Positions 10,984 through 21,555 of a DNA stretch of 64,000 nucleotides are shown here, piece by piece. Source of the stretch: TPA_inf: Saccharomyces (taxonomy: Eukaryota); contig BK006949.2 of assembly GCA_000146045.2 (NCBI GenBank), forward strand, positions 800,001 through 864,000, written 5' to 3'. Below the pieces are notes generated by a model. That model was not told where the DNA came from. It did no database searches and worked only from the letters and a program-made list of their open reading frames with translations. How positions within the stretch are numbered: the stretch's first letter is position 1; the number at the start of each line of letters is the position of its first letter. A program made the position numbers and the translations under genes.

Positions 10984-12453
10984 TCATGCTTCTTTTGCGT
11001 GATGCAATTTAGGATTATTACTTTTTTCGTTTTGGCCGCTTACTGTAGCTGATGACAATGAGGAGTTTTGGCTGTCCTCAGTAGGATTTGTCTCAGACGC
11101 AGAATTAGCGCCATTGCATGTAGTATGAAGTGCATCTGTATCTACACCCCACTGGTAATAATCTCTCCTAACCTCCACGTAATCGTAAGCGAATTCGCCT
11201 ATTTGATCTTCATCCAACCCCAATGCTTCGGCTTCCTCAGTGACTCTTAGATGGACACCCGGAATTTTACCTAATACGAAGCAAATGATGGCCGTGACCA
11301 CAGCACAATAGCCGGCAGAGGCACCGATATAGGCAATTTGAATATACATTTGTTTCCAGTTATGCGTCAACCAACCACCCTTATGCTTTGTTGTGCCGTC
11401 CATTCCAATAACCCAATCAGCTGCAAATAGAGCGTTAAAAATCAATCCCACCACACCGGCGATACCGTGTTCAGCTAATAGATCTAAGGAATCATCCACT
11501 TTTAAATAATACTTTATTTTTGTTGCAAAATTACAAACAACACCCGCTATTATACCTTGGATCAAAGAGCCATATAGAGTAATACAACCCGAGCTAGGCG
11601 TGGCAGCAACTAAACCACAGATAATGCCGGAGCATAACCCAACAGTGGACCATTTTTTTTCAGATCGATAATCTAATAAACACCACGTCATTCCACCCGT
11701 GGTGGCGCTGAGACAAGTGTTCATGAACGCATATACGGACCTCATATTTGGTGACAGTGAGCTTGCAGCATTGAAAAGCAACCAACCAAACCAAAGTATA
11801 GAAGTACCCAAAGTCACCATGGAAACATTATGTGGTCTAAAGTTGATCAGGAGGTTTTCTTTTCTTCTTCCTAGAAAATAAGAATAAACGAAACCAGCCA
11901 CAGCACTTAGGATTTCAATATTCCCACCGCCAGCCCAGTCTAATACCCCCCATTGGTAGGCCCAACCACCTGGGGCCCAAATCCAATAAGTGATGGGACA
12001 GTAAACCAAAGTCGCAAAAACAAAAAGAAAAACCATATGTGGAAAAAGCTTACCTCTTTCCGCAGTGGCACCAGCTATAATACTCAATGCGACACACATG
12101 AACATCATTTGGAAAATGGCATAAATCAGTTCAGGATACGTGGAATCATCCGAAATTTTGCCATAGACGTTTCTAAACCCAAATGAATCCAAGTTGCCGA
12201 TAAATTTGTTGTTCGTCGCAGTCTTAGAGAATGCTAAAGAATAGCCCCAAAAATACCATTGCAGTATACCTACTAAGGTAGCCATTATCACTACCCAAAT
12301 CAAAGCCAGAGCAGATTTTCTTCTTGCTAAACCGGAATAAAGAAAGCCCAGCCCCGGTACCATGAAGAAAACCAGGGCGGCACCTAAAATCATAAAAGCG
12401 ACTGTGGAACTATCATATGTCTCTGTCCATAGATGTCCGTCACCCCGAGCCAT
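10984..12453 (-). CDS. MEP3: Ammonium transporter, Amt/MEP family (489 aa)
   Basis: About 11 TM helices characteristic of the Amt/Mep family. The ORF-track start at 12480 is TTG; the first ATG is at 12453 (MARGDGHLW...), which gives 489 aa, matching MEP3. Confidence 0.85.
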   Translation of the reverse strand: MARGDGHLWTETYDSSTVAFMILGAALVFFMVPGLGFLYSGLARRKSALALIWVVIMATLVGILQWYFWGYSLAFSKTATNNKFIGNLDSFGFRNVYGKISDDSTYPELIYAIFQMMFMCVALSIIAGATAERGKLFPHMVFLFVFATLVYCPITYWIWAPGGWAYQWGVLDWAGGGNIEILSAVAGFVYSYFLGRRKENLLINFRPHNVSMVTLGTSILWFGWLLFNAASSLSPNMRSVYAFMNTCLSATTGGMTWCLLDYRSEKKWSTVGLCSGIICGLVAATPSSGCITLYGSLIQGIIAGVVCNFATKIKYYLKVDDSLDLLAEHGIAGVVGLIFNALFAADWVIGMDGTTKHKGGWLTHNWKQMYIQIAYIGASAGYCAVVTAIICFVLGKIPGVHLRVTEEAEALGLDEDQIGEFAYDYVEVRRDYYQWGVDTDALHTTCNGANSASETNPTEDSQNSSLSSATVSGQNEKSNNPKLHHAKEA

Positions 12454-12688
12454 GTGAACTCTAAATCTATATGTTTTCAATTGTATCTTCTAAAAAAAAA
12501 ATGCCTTCGCTTTTTACAAAACAATTTCAAAAGTGATTGGACCCTTAACTAGCCTGCATTGATTGTAATAGACAATCAAAGAACCAAAAGAGAGAAGAAG
12601 CGACCGAAAGAAGACGGCTATCAGACTCAAAGCACACAACCTTATTCTACAAGATAGGAAAGGGAGAAGATATCTATCAAATTGTTGC

Positions 12689-12948
12689 GATAAGATGCGA
12701 TAAGACAAGGAGAGGGAAAGTCCGTGCTGCATATCAGCATATCAAATCTGCTAAAACATATTAACTTAACATATATATATAATATATAAAGTATGCCATC
12801 GGGTACCTTAACTAAAAAGGGTCATAGCGTGGAAAGCGAGGAAAAACCTCGAGATGGAAAACCAGTTTATGGAAAACTTCAAAATAACTCGCCCGCCTTA
12901 TCGCGGGCAAACCAGCTACGAGAGATAAGGATTTGGCGCCGAGATAAG
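12689..12948. promoter_or_regulatory. Cluster of GATA-factor (Gln3/Gat1) core sites upstream of MEP3: GATAAG at 12689-12694, 12699-12704, 12924-12929 and 12943-12948, plus CTTATC at 12895-12900
   Basis: Five GATAAG/CTTATC motifs lie within about 260 bp, 240-500 bp upstream of the MEP3 ATG. MEP genes are nitrogen-catabolite-repression targets with GATAAG UAS elements. Confidence 0.5.
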
Positions 12949-13155
12949 GTGGAGATGTTTCTCCGCCGCGCGGCACTTTTTGCCGGAACTGGAACTGGTT
13001 TGAGGTAGGTCAAGAAAGTGTCAGTAAATAGGAGTGACAGAAACGGGCACATCTACTCTTCTTTTTCTTGTTTGTTTCGATTAAATGCAATACATACTCC
13101 TAAAGACATATATATATAAATATGTATGCATGCATGCATGCCTTCATAAGTATTT

Positions 13156-14058
13156 CTACTTCCTCTTTTTACGTTGATCGCTGATATATTCCTTCACAAA
13201 ATTCCTCTTAGATTCAACATCTAACTTCCGTGAGACTAGTTTATATTTGTCGCCACCGTTTAATGCAACGCGTAATTCCTCTAAATTATCCGAGAGTACT
13301 TGTGGCTCGTTGATCTTGCATTTAACATTAATGCCCTTGTTCAGAAATCTAGATAAATACTCCATATTGGAGATGGGCAATGTGGTGATGGCAGTTTTAT
13401 TAGTTTTGATTTGGATGGTCTGCAATTCAAATTTTTTAGTTTTGGCCATTGCGGGGTTCATTGTGGTTATTGAAGGGTCTATGAATTCTTTAAGTTTTTT
13501 CCCGGTTATACTAAACGGTAAGACGCTTTTACCATTACATGAGGTACCCTCAGCAAACATAAAATTCACGGTATTGCCCAATTGAGATAGCTCTGCTACC
13601 TCGTGGCCATAGAGTTTTATATCTAACCCACCGGCGAGGATGAAGTTGATGAATTCTCTTATGGAAACTTTGTATACAATGTCATTGGATGGGACCAACA
13701 ACGTAACAGGCCCTTGAGCTAATAACACCACTGAAAAAGCATCTAAAGGTGAGGTACAATTGCAAATATAAAGCTTGCCCTTCTGTGGATAATGCTTGGA
13801 TTTCCTTACGTCACGTTTCTTGATTCCTTGCACGGTAATTTCCTCTTTCCAACTGAATGTAAACTTCAATATCAAACCCAGTAAGTTGTTCTGGCCAGTT
13901 AGAAGGTACAGCATAATCAATGGTAGCATTATAATGGTTTTCACCCCTAGGATACCCAACAAACACGCTGTCATCACCTTACTAGGTTTCCTGATTGTGT
14001 TTGGTAGAAATGGAGCTATTCCCGTACCATTGTCTCTCCAATTGGTGTACTTTTCCAT
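13156..14058 (-). CDS. LOA1: Lysophosphatidic acid acyltransferase (300 aa), YPR139C
   Basis: 300-aa ORF with an N-terminal TM segment and an acyltransferase-like fold. Position between MEP3 and TAZ1. Confidence 0.7.
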   Translation of the reverse strand: MEKYTNWRDNGTGIAPFLPNTIRKPSKVMTACLLGILGVKTIIMLPLIMLYLLTGQNNLLGLILKFTFSWKEEITVQGIKKRDVRKSKHYPQKGKLYICNCTSPLDAFSVVLLAQGPVTLLVPSNDIVYKVSIREFINFILAGGLDIKLYGHEVAELSQLGNTVNFMFAEGTSCNGKSVLPFSITGKKLKEFIDPSITTMNPAMAKTKKFELQTIQIKTNKTAITTLPISNMEYLSRFLNKGINVKCKINEPQVLSDNLEELRVALNGGDKYKLVSRKLDVESKRNFVKEYISDQRKKRK

Positions 14059-14390
14059 TACTTTTCTTGTATTTTGTCACCTCGTAGGAGCTACTTCTTT
14101 CACGCCAGGATCTGACAGTATTTCTATTACGTTACTCCAGTCACGTTGAGAAAAGGCTTCATCTTTTTCTTTTTTCTTGAGATAACTTTTTTCTTCTACC
14201 TTCACTCAGACCGAGATATCGGACCTCAAACATAGCGTTTTTTTTTGTAAAACACTTAAGGATGGAGGAACATGTATGCTGAGTAATTCCAGCAGAAACC
14301 ATTTACTGAGAGCCTCATCTTTTGTTAAAAAATTTGTTTAATAAAATATTTCATTTTCAAAAAAAAAAAAAGTAAAGTTTTCCCTATCAA

Positions 14391-15536
14391 ATGTCTTTTA
14401 GGGATGTCCTAGAAAGAGGAGATGAATTTTTAGAAGCCTATCCCAGAAGAAGCCCCCTTTGGAGATTTCTTTCATACAGTACATCATTACTGACCTTCGG
14501 TGTATCAAAACTGCTTCTTTTCACATGCTATAATGTCAAATTGAATGGTTTTGAAAAATTAGAAACTGCCTTGGAACGTTCCAAAAGGGAAAATAGAGGC
14601 CTTATGACGGTCATGAACCATATGAGTATGGTCGATGATCCGTTAGTTTGGGCAACACTACCATATAAGTTATTTACGTCTTTGGACAACATAAGATGGT
14701 CTTTGGGTGCACATAATATTTGCTTTCAAAATAAATTTCTGGCCAACTTTTTCTCACTTGGCCAAGTCCTTTCAACAGAAAGATTTGGGGTGGGCCCATT
14801 TCAAGGTTCTATAGATGCTTCAATAAGATTGTTAAGCCCTGACGACACTTTAGACTTGGAATGGACCCCTCACTCTGAGGTCTCTTCTTCGCTAAAAAAA
14901 GCCTACTCCCCGCCCATAATAAGGTCGAAGCCATCTTGGGTCCATGTTTATCCAGAAGGATTTGTACTACAATTATATCCGCCTTTTGAAAATTCGATGA
15001 GGTATTTTAAATGGGGTATTACCAGAATGATCCTAGAAGCAACAAAGCCGCCCATTGTAGTACCAATATTTGCTACAGGGTTTGAAAAAATAGCATCCGA
15101 AGCAGTCACAGATTCAATGTTTAGACAAATTCTACCAAGAAACTTTGGCTCTGAAATAAATGTTACCATAGGGGATCCTTTAAATGATGATTTAATCGAC
15201 AGGTATAGAAAAGAATGGACACATTTGGTTGAAAAATACTATGATCCCAAAAATCCTAACGACCTCTCTGACGAATTGAAATATGGTAAAGAGGCGCAAG
15301 ATTTAAGAAGCAGATTAGCCGCTGAACTGAGAGCCCATGTTGCTGAAATTAGAAATGAAGTTCGCAAATTACCACGCGAAGACCCTAGGTTCAAATCCCC
15401 CTCATGGTGGAAGCGGTTCAACACCACGGAAGGTAAATCGGACCCAGATGTTAAAGTCATTGGCGAAAATTGGGCAATAAGGAGGATGCAAAAGTTTCTG
15501 CCTCCAGAGGGTAAACCAAAGGGTAAGGATGATTGA
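14391..15536 (+). CDS. TAZ1: Tafazzin, lyso-phospholipid acyltransferase (381 aa)
   Basis: Carries the HX4D acyltransferase motif (HMSMVDDP). Length 381 aa matches TAZ1. Confidence 0.85.
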   Translation: MSFRDVLERGDEFLEAYPRRSPLWRFLSYSTSLLTFGVSKLLLFTCYNVKLNGFEKLETALERSKRENRGLMTVMNHMSMVDDPLVWATLPYKLFTSLDNIRWSLGAHNICFQNKFLANFFSLGQVLSTERFGVGPFQGSIDASIRLLSPDDTLDLEWTPHSEVSSSLKKAYSPPIIRSKPSWVHVYPEGFVLQLYPPFENSMRYFKWGITRMILEATKPPIVVPIFATGFEKIASEAVTDSMFRQILPRNFGSEINVTIGDPLNDDLIDRYRKEWTHLVEKYYDPKNPNDLSDELKYGKEAQDLRSRLAAELRAHVAEIRNEVRKLPREDPRFKSPSWWKRFNTTEGKSDPDVKVIGENWAIRRMQKFLPPEGKPKGKDD

Positions 15537-15733
15537 AATTTAAGCAATTAAATTCGTGTAAATACTAGCATGTATGAGGTCATTTTTACATAACAAATAT
15601 TCATTACTTACTTTGCTTTTTATCTGTGCGCATTAAAATGAGTTTCATATATAATATAGTTACATGTGATGAATGTATGGACAGTCTCTGTCATTTGTCA
15701 AAGGAGTGAAAAAGACCAGAAAAGGCCTTGACC

Positions 15734-17923
15734 TCATTTTCTACTAACCAATCTGGTAGAATTCACTTTAGACGCAAATCTTAACGAATTGAGAGTCTCA
15801 TTAATATGAGAGGAGCTTGGTGAAATGTTTACAAACATTAATGTTTTCGAATCCCCAGTGAGTGAATATTGCAGTAGGTATGTCAGTTTTGAGTTCCTGA
15901 ACGGTATATGTCTTTTGGTACTATCAGGCTGACCTAAAGCATGAATAACGTCACCTAAGCAACTTAAAGATTTATTTATATTTTGTGTTTCTCTTAATCT
16001 ATCCCCTACAACTTGAGAGACATTTATTCTTTCGGAACCGGCCAAATCAACAAGATTTAGTGTGCCATACGAGTGTGCTCCAGTTTTTGCATTTGATCCA
16101 GACAAATGAATTATGAAAATACTGTGTGAACGGGAGGAATGCTCATTTGATGCTGTGCTAGCGGTGGATCTTAATTTATTTGCTTTTTTCAGGATTATTT
16201 CCACCATTTCTTCCGACTCAAGCTTGCAACTCGTAACATTCGTTATCGTGGTAGTCTTAGTTTCCTGATCATGACGTATTTCGTGCTTTAAGCCAATGCT
16301 TGTGTCTTCTTTATTATTATTATCACTTCTCAATAAGTCTACGATGTTCTCGTTGTAGATCTCAATGAATTCGCAGTTAACTTTATAATCCCATCCTTTT
16401 GTCTTTAATTTATTGATCCAGTTAAATATATGAGATATTGTGGACGGAATGATACCATCACCTGGATTTAACATCGTGAAAGTTTTCCCAGATCCTGTTT
16501 GTCCGTATGCGAAGATACAAACATTATATCCATCTAATGAACTTTGCACTAACTGACCAACTTCTTTAAAAACATCCACATTTGTATCCTGTTGATCAAA
16601 TATTTTATCAAATTTGAATTCATGCACTTGCGCTGTGTTTTGTATTTTCGTCACTTCCATAGATTGAACACCACTATTGTCATCAAATTCATTAACATTA
16701 ATAAGGCTAGTATCAGAATTTTCCAAATTTTTTAGAGCTGGACGAATCCTACAATAAACTCGTATATTTCCTCTTAACTCTTGTAACTCATTATGCAATG
16801 TGCGTCTAACCGTTTCCTCTTTAATCAGAATTTCATTCAACTCCTTCATACCCAGTTCAGTGTCTTTTATATATTCCTCAAGTTCTTTGATCTTTTCCAA
16901 AGTTTCTAAATTAGTTTTCTGTTTTAATGCCACCTCATCTCTCAGCCTTGTAGTTTCCTCTTCCTTTTCTTTAACTTTTACTTTGATAGCTTCATACGCG
17001 TTACGCTTTTCTGTTAAGAGCTTCTTTTTTTCTGCCAACTCAGGTTTTAATGTATTTTCGATTTCCTTTTTTATGCTTTCGATTTCTTGCATATGTTTAT
17101 TATTCAGCTCTATATCCTTTTTCCACTGCGATTGGTACTCTGTAAGCCATTCTTCTTTTTCAAGCATATGCTTTTGTTCAACATCGTTCAACATTTCCTG
17201 TAAAGTGGAAGGGTTCATGGTGATTTTATTTCTTACCTCTTCTATTTTATCTAAAAGCGACGCTCTTTCATTTTCAAACTGTTTAATCTTCATAAATTTC
17301 AATTTCTCAATTTTTGTTTTGTATTCATTTTCCATTTGTTTCAGCTCTTTTTTATTAGATGCCGCTAGCTGCTTTAAATGTATTTCATGTCCTTCATTCA
17401 TGAACTGCTTCTTTGACAAAAATTCTTCTTTAATCGAGATAAGTTCATTGTTTTTCAAATTCAGTTGCTGTTCAATTTTTATCTTTTCTTCACGAAGGGT
17501 TTCAAATTTGAGATTAACGGCATTGATTTTCTCTTTCGTTTCTGTTAGTTCATCTTTGAGTAAATCTAGTGTTGCCTTTTTCTCAAATAAGATTGCTTGT
17601 GTTCTATTGAGTTCATTAACATTTTCTTTATAAAAGGAAGTTACACCGGAGTTGCTTTTCTGGTTTCCATAAATCAAATTTGCTGTACCTTTATAATTCT
17701 TTAAAAGCTCGCGATTAGGTGACATGGATATGCGACTCTGACTAGCTAATGAGTGTCTATGAATATCCGTACGTTGCGGCTTCAGAAGAGTGTGCTTAGG
17801 CGGTGGAGTTGTTGTATTTCTTCTTTTGTGGCCATTCATAGCTAAAATATCATTCTTCGGCGATGGTGTCGAGAGATGCTGCGTAGATCTGCCTTTTGTG
17901 GGAGTACGTGGAAGTGATTCCAT
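15734..17923 (-). CDS. KAR3: Kinesin-14 minus-end-directed motor (729 aa)
   Basis: Long N-terminal coiled coil rich in E/K/L, then a C-terminal motor domain with P-loop GQTGSGKT, switch I SSRSH and switch II DLAGSE. Length 729 aa matches KAR3. Confidence 0.9.
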   Translation of the reverse strand: MESLPRTPTKGRSTQHLSTPSPKNDILAMNGHKRRNTTTPPPKHTLLKPQRTDIHRHSLASQSRISMSPNRELLKNYKGTANLIYGNQKSNSGVTSFYKENVNELNRTQAILFEKKATLDLLKDELTETKEKINAVNLKFETLREEKIKIEQQLNLKNNELISIKEEFLSKKQFMNEGHEIHLKQLAASNKKELKQMENEYKTKIEKLKFMKIKQFENERASLLDKIEEVRNKITMNPSTLQEMLNDVEQKHMLEKEEWLTEYQSQWKKDIELNNKHMQEIESIKKEIENTLKPELAEKKKLLTEKRNAYEAIKVKVKEKEEETTRLRDEVALKQKTNLETLEKIKELEEYIKDTELGMKELNEILIKEETVRRTLHNELQELRGNIRVYCRIRPALKNLENSDTSLINVNEFDDNSGVQSMEVTKIQNTAQVHEFKFDKIFDQQDTNVDVFKEVGQLVQSSLDGYNVCIFAYGQTGSGKTFTMLNPGDGIIPSTISHIFNWINKLKTKGWDYKVNCEFIEIYNENIVDLLRSDNNNKEDTSIGLKHEIRHDQETKTTTITNVTSCKLESEEMVEIILKKANKLRSTASTASNEHSSRSHSIFIIHLSGSNAKTGAHSYGTLNLVDLAGSERINVSQVVGDRLRETQNINKSLSCLGDVIHALGQPDSTKRHIPFRNSKLTYLLQYSLTGDSKTLMFVNISPSSSHINETLNSLRFASKVNSTRLVSRK

Positions 17924-18322
17924 AGTTTAATAGTTGCCAGAATTTCTCTAAGTCCTTTATTTCAAAATCTACCTTTTTTAAACAAAGACTCCGGATAGTT
18001 GTTCTGGTATATTCAAATAGAATAATAAGAAACACAAAGAGCGGAAAAATTGATAGCTTTAATGCTTATATAATATTCGATAATTTTTTTAGCTGTAATA
18101 CTCATCATCATATTTTGATTCGAGGCGCATCAAATTGTAAACAGTGTTTGTTTTGATTTTGTTTGAGATTCATTTTGGTGTATCTCCATTACCCTCTTAT
18201 TGGAAAATTTTGAAAGAAAAAAATCTAGGATTCGATGCCCATAAGATATAAGGAAAGGTAATAAACAGATGCTATGAATAAAGCGATAGAGAAGCCGAAG
18301 GAAAATCAGTACATAATTGATC

Positions 18323-19075
18323 ATGGGCTCCAAGCACAGAGTAGACACTAAGGATAAGAAAAGAACCAGAAAGAATGCAGAATTTGGGCGTGAAAAAAGG
18401 AATAGTGGCAACCAAGAGTTAAGTAATGAGCCGGAAAAAGATACAATAATGGAAGGTGATGAAGCCGAAGAAGACGAGCAGAATAGCTCTAGCGATGAAT
18501 CATCTAAAATTATAGATAACGAACAAAGTGATGCTGAAGAAGATGATGATGAAGAAGAAGAGGACGACGACTTCCCAAGAAAGAAAAAATCGAAAAACAG
18601 CAAACATGATGATGGTTCTACTGGATTTTCTGCTGCAGTAAATGCTATTTTATCATCACATCTGAAAGCATACGACAGGAAGGACCCCATCATGGCTAGA
18701 AACAAAAAGGTGCTGAAGCAAAGTGAGTCAGAAAAGCTAGAATACAAGGCCAAAAAAGCATTGTTGGCAGAAAAAAAAAAGTTATTAGGTAAAGCCAGAA
18801 AGACGGATATTATTCCAATTGCTTCCGGAGAAGACAGGTCAGAAAATATTAGAAAAGTCCTTGAGAAGGAGACAGCGCTCAGAAAGATAGCTCAAAAAGG
18901 TGCCGTGAAATTATTTAACGCCATTTTAGCAACTCAAGTCAAGACAGAAAAGGAAGTATCCGAAAATTTAAGCGAAATTAAGAATAAAGAAGAAAAGAAA
19001 GAATTGATCACTGAAGTTTCCAAAGAAAAATTTTTGGATTTAGTTAAAGCTGCCGCAGGAAGCGACAATGAATAA
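18323..19075 (+). CDS. RRP15: Nucleolar pre-rRNA processing protein (250 aa)
   Basis: The ORF-track start at 18317 is TTG; the first ATG is at 18323 (MGSKHRVD...), giving 250 aa. The protein is highly charged with an acidic stretch [14 protein letters not shown], typical of nucleolar assembly factors. An RRPE motif GAAAATTTTG lies at 18203-18212 upstream. Confidence 0.75.
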
Positions 19076-19528
19076 TCAACATGTTCATGTCAAAAGAAGA
19101 AAAAAAATAAAGAAATAAAAACTGTATATTATTTAGTCTATGTCAAGCGAGAAAGGGGCCCTATATCTTCCCTCCTCCTTGCAATTGAATTTTGTTTGCA
19201 TTCTATATTATCATATAGTTTCATATCAATTGCAAAAACTTTTGCAGCCAATGTTACAAAATTGTTTTCAATCAAAGAAATACAGGTGTGGTGTCCTTCA
19301 CCATCGATATATTAATATTAATATATCATGAATAAATATAAAAATTCAAGGTAATGTACTTGTGCACTTCTTTTAGAATATAGCAATTTCCCTTAGCTCT
19401 TTTTCAAATTGTAATTCTCTACAATACATAAAAAGAAATTGATCTTTGGTTCAACTTTATATATCGCAATAAGCAATTCTCAACATTATGAAAGTTTATC
19501 TAAATTAAACAATCTTCAACAATAGAAT

Positions 19529-19602
19529 GGTCTCTTGGCCCAGTTGGTTAAGGCACCGTGCTAATAACGCGGGGATCAGCGGTTCGATCCCGCTAGAGAC
19601 CA
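19529..19602 (+). tRNA. tRNA-Ile (anticodon AAU)
   Basis: 74-nt sequence GGTCTCTTGGCCCAGTTGGTTAAGGCACCGTGCTAATAACGCGGGGATCAGCGGTTCGATCCCGCTAGAGACCA. The acceptor stem GGTCTCT/AGAGACC pairs, the B box is GGTTCGATCC, and a T-run follows. Confidence 0.93.
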
Positions 19603-19764
19603 TTTATTTTTGACCCAGGTTTTTTTCCTAGGCAAAATTGATAACAGGGACTTACTATTTTCTATTTTTTTTTTTTTTTACATCTCAAACAAGGGAAATC
19701 GATGACTCTGTTGATATAAATGTATATATACACACTTTTAAAACTTCGTTGTTCATCTTCGCTT

Positions 19765-21423
19765 TCACCATGCTACCCCAGGCAAGTAGACGTTACCTTG
19801 GGATGACGCTTCGCTATCGCCGTCTTCATTATCAAAAACGTTTGTGAAAGCCTCAAATTCTAACGTAGGAAGTGTCTTCAACTTTCTTGAAGATTCTGCA
19901 TTGAGCAAAGAATCATAGTTCCAGTCTAAGAAATCTTCCATGTTATAACTTAGCTTCTTAAATGGTTGAGCAAATATCTTCGCCAACGTGGCTACATTAG
20001 GATGATAATGTTCCATCAATGACGCCAGCTCCCACAGAGAGGAATCCAGTGCATGAGTTAACTCAGGGTCCGATTCATGAACATCGAAGGGATCTACATA
20101 GTTTTCTTTCAGAGTTTTCAAGTTCGCCACTTGGTCAGGTGTCTGGAATGGGTTGGAAATGAAGGCTGGGTTGTGCAGCATAATCATACAATTCGGATGT
20201 TTCCTGATTAAATTATAGATGAAGGGAATCACGGTGACAATAGCAGAGGGTGGTGATTCTAGGGTGAGTCTGGCTAGCTTTTTGATGAAAGATGCTACTA
20301 AATGGGCGGATAAATGTGTTGATGACAAAAATACGTCCATTAACCTGAAAAATCTTGCTCTGTATTTAACATGCATTAAGTCTGGATTTATAATTTGATA
20401 AAGTTTCATATAAAAATTTGGATATTCCAAGTTGAATCTTTTCATCAATTCAAAAAGGCCATTCAGAGCCAAGATCGGAACAACACCGGCGTTTTTATTA
20501 GAGCTTTGCAAATTGTAGGAATCAGTAAGGAAATCCATTAGTTTAGTTGGAGTGTGGAAATGAGGTATTATTCTCTTATGCAAAATTAACAGAATAGACT
20601 TATACTGCTGTAAAGACAATTGGCCGTTTAAAAGGGATAACCAATTTTTCTCGAAATTGGACTTGAATTTGGACTCGTTCTCTATGGCTTGTGGGGGATT
20701 TGGTACAAAGATCTCTAAATCTGCATCAACACTAGAGCAATGTTTGTCATGATTTACTAAAGCTAACCATTTACCAACGTTTTTCAAAAGCAAGTCCTGG
20801 TAGGCTGGATCCTCTAATAGTTGGTTAAATTCTGATTGAAAGTAGTATTGAATATCTGCAAATTTCGTATAATATTTTTCCGTGAATTCTACTATGATTA
20901 AATTTTCAGACGCACCCGAGCTTTTGACATCCTCTATTTCACCCATGTTCGAGGACCATAGGGCGATGATTAACTTTCTGAATGTTTTATTGGGGAAAAA
21001 TGGTGCGCCCTTTTCAGATGCAAAATGAGTTGATTCCAGCTCTGCAAGTTGAAGATAGACATCAAGCGAATCTAACCCAAGTGATGTTTCGAAAGGTATG
21101 TCCGAAATGATAGCTAACAGCTTCGTCTTGAACGCTTCATACACCTTTCTACACCAATTAACAAACTGTTCCTTCTCTAATGTGCTCTTTTTGGACGAAG
21201 GAAGGGTCAAGTCGCCGCGGGAAAACAGCTTTCTAAATATCTGGAATAGCGACATAACCAGAAATCTCAAATTTTTTTCTGTCTCATCTTCTTCCAATTG
21301 AGTAACATTTTCTGGAATCACTAGTTCATTGATTAACTTGATAATGGAGTTGTACTGCTTTCTGTCACCCGCAGCAGTCAGCCTCTTGGCAATATCTTTA
21401 ATTTCTGATATAAGCAATACCAT
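19765..21423 (-). CDS. NOC4: Nucleolar complex protein with a CBF/Mak21-family domain (552 aa)
   Basis: 552-aa ORF with ATG at 21423. Its upstream region carries PAC and RRPE motifs. Length and position match NOC4. Confidence 0.8.
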   Translation of the reverse strand: MVLLISEIKDIAKRLTAAGDRKQYNSIIKLINELVIPENVTQLEEDETEKNLRFLVMSLFQIFRKLFSRGDLTLPSSKKSTLEKEQFVNWCRKVYEAFKTKLLAIISDIPFETSLGLDSLDVYLQLAELESTHFASEKGAPFFPNKTFRKLIIALWSSNMGEIEDVKSSGASENLIIVEFTEKYYTKFADIQYYFQSEFNQLLEDPAYQDLLLKNVGKWLALVNHDKHCSSVDADLEIFVPNPPQAIENESKFKSNFEKNWLSLLNGQLSLQQYKSILLILHKRIIPHFHTPTKLMDFLTDSYNLQSSNKNAGVVPILALNGLFELMKRFNLEYPNFYMKLYQIINPDLMHVKYRARFFRLMDVFLSSTHLSAHLVASFIKKLARLTLESPPSAIVTVIPFIYNLIRKHPNCMIMLHNPAFISNPFQTPDQVANLKTLKENYVDPFDVHESDPELTHALDSSLWELASLMEHYHPNVATLAKIFAQPFKKLSYNMEDFLDWNYDSLLNAESSRKLKTLPTLEFEAFTNVFDNEDGDSEASSQGNVYLPGVAW

Positions 21424-21481
21424 ATTCTTTGACGTTTCTTTTTAATAGATCTCTCTTCATGGCAATAGAGGATGATAATTA

Positions 21482-21555
21482 CATCTCATCTCATCTCATC
21501 AAAACCGTAATACACTTTTTTTTTTCTCAGTTGGAAAATTTTAGTGAAAAATTTC
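21482..21555 (-). promoter_or_regulatory. Ribosome-biogenesis promoter motifs upstream of NOC4: three tandem GATGAG (PAC-like) repeats at 21482-21500 and RRPE cores GAAAATTTT at 21534-21542 and GAAAAATTTC at 21546-21555
   Basis: The + strand reads catctcatctcatctcatc, which is GATGAGATGAGATGAGATG in the NOC4 sense. These lie 60-130 bp upstream of the ATG. PAC plus RRPE is the hallmark of RiBi genes. Confidence 0.55.

Noticed and set aside
16800-17633. 277-aa ORF on the + strand antisense to KAR3
   Set aside because: Low-complexity S/F/L-rich translation produced by reading the antisense of the GAA/AAG-rich coiled-coil coding region. No start context or domain. The KAR3 motor call on the opposite strand is unambiguous.
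18130-18753. 207-aa ORF antisense to RRP15 (the YPR142C-type dubious ORF), with a poly-Ser run
   Set aside because: The Ser run is the reverse complement of the RRP15 acidic GAA/GAT tract. It overlaps a well-supported gene.
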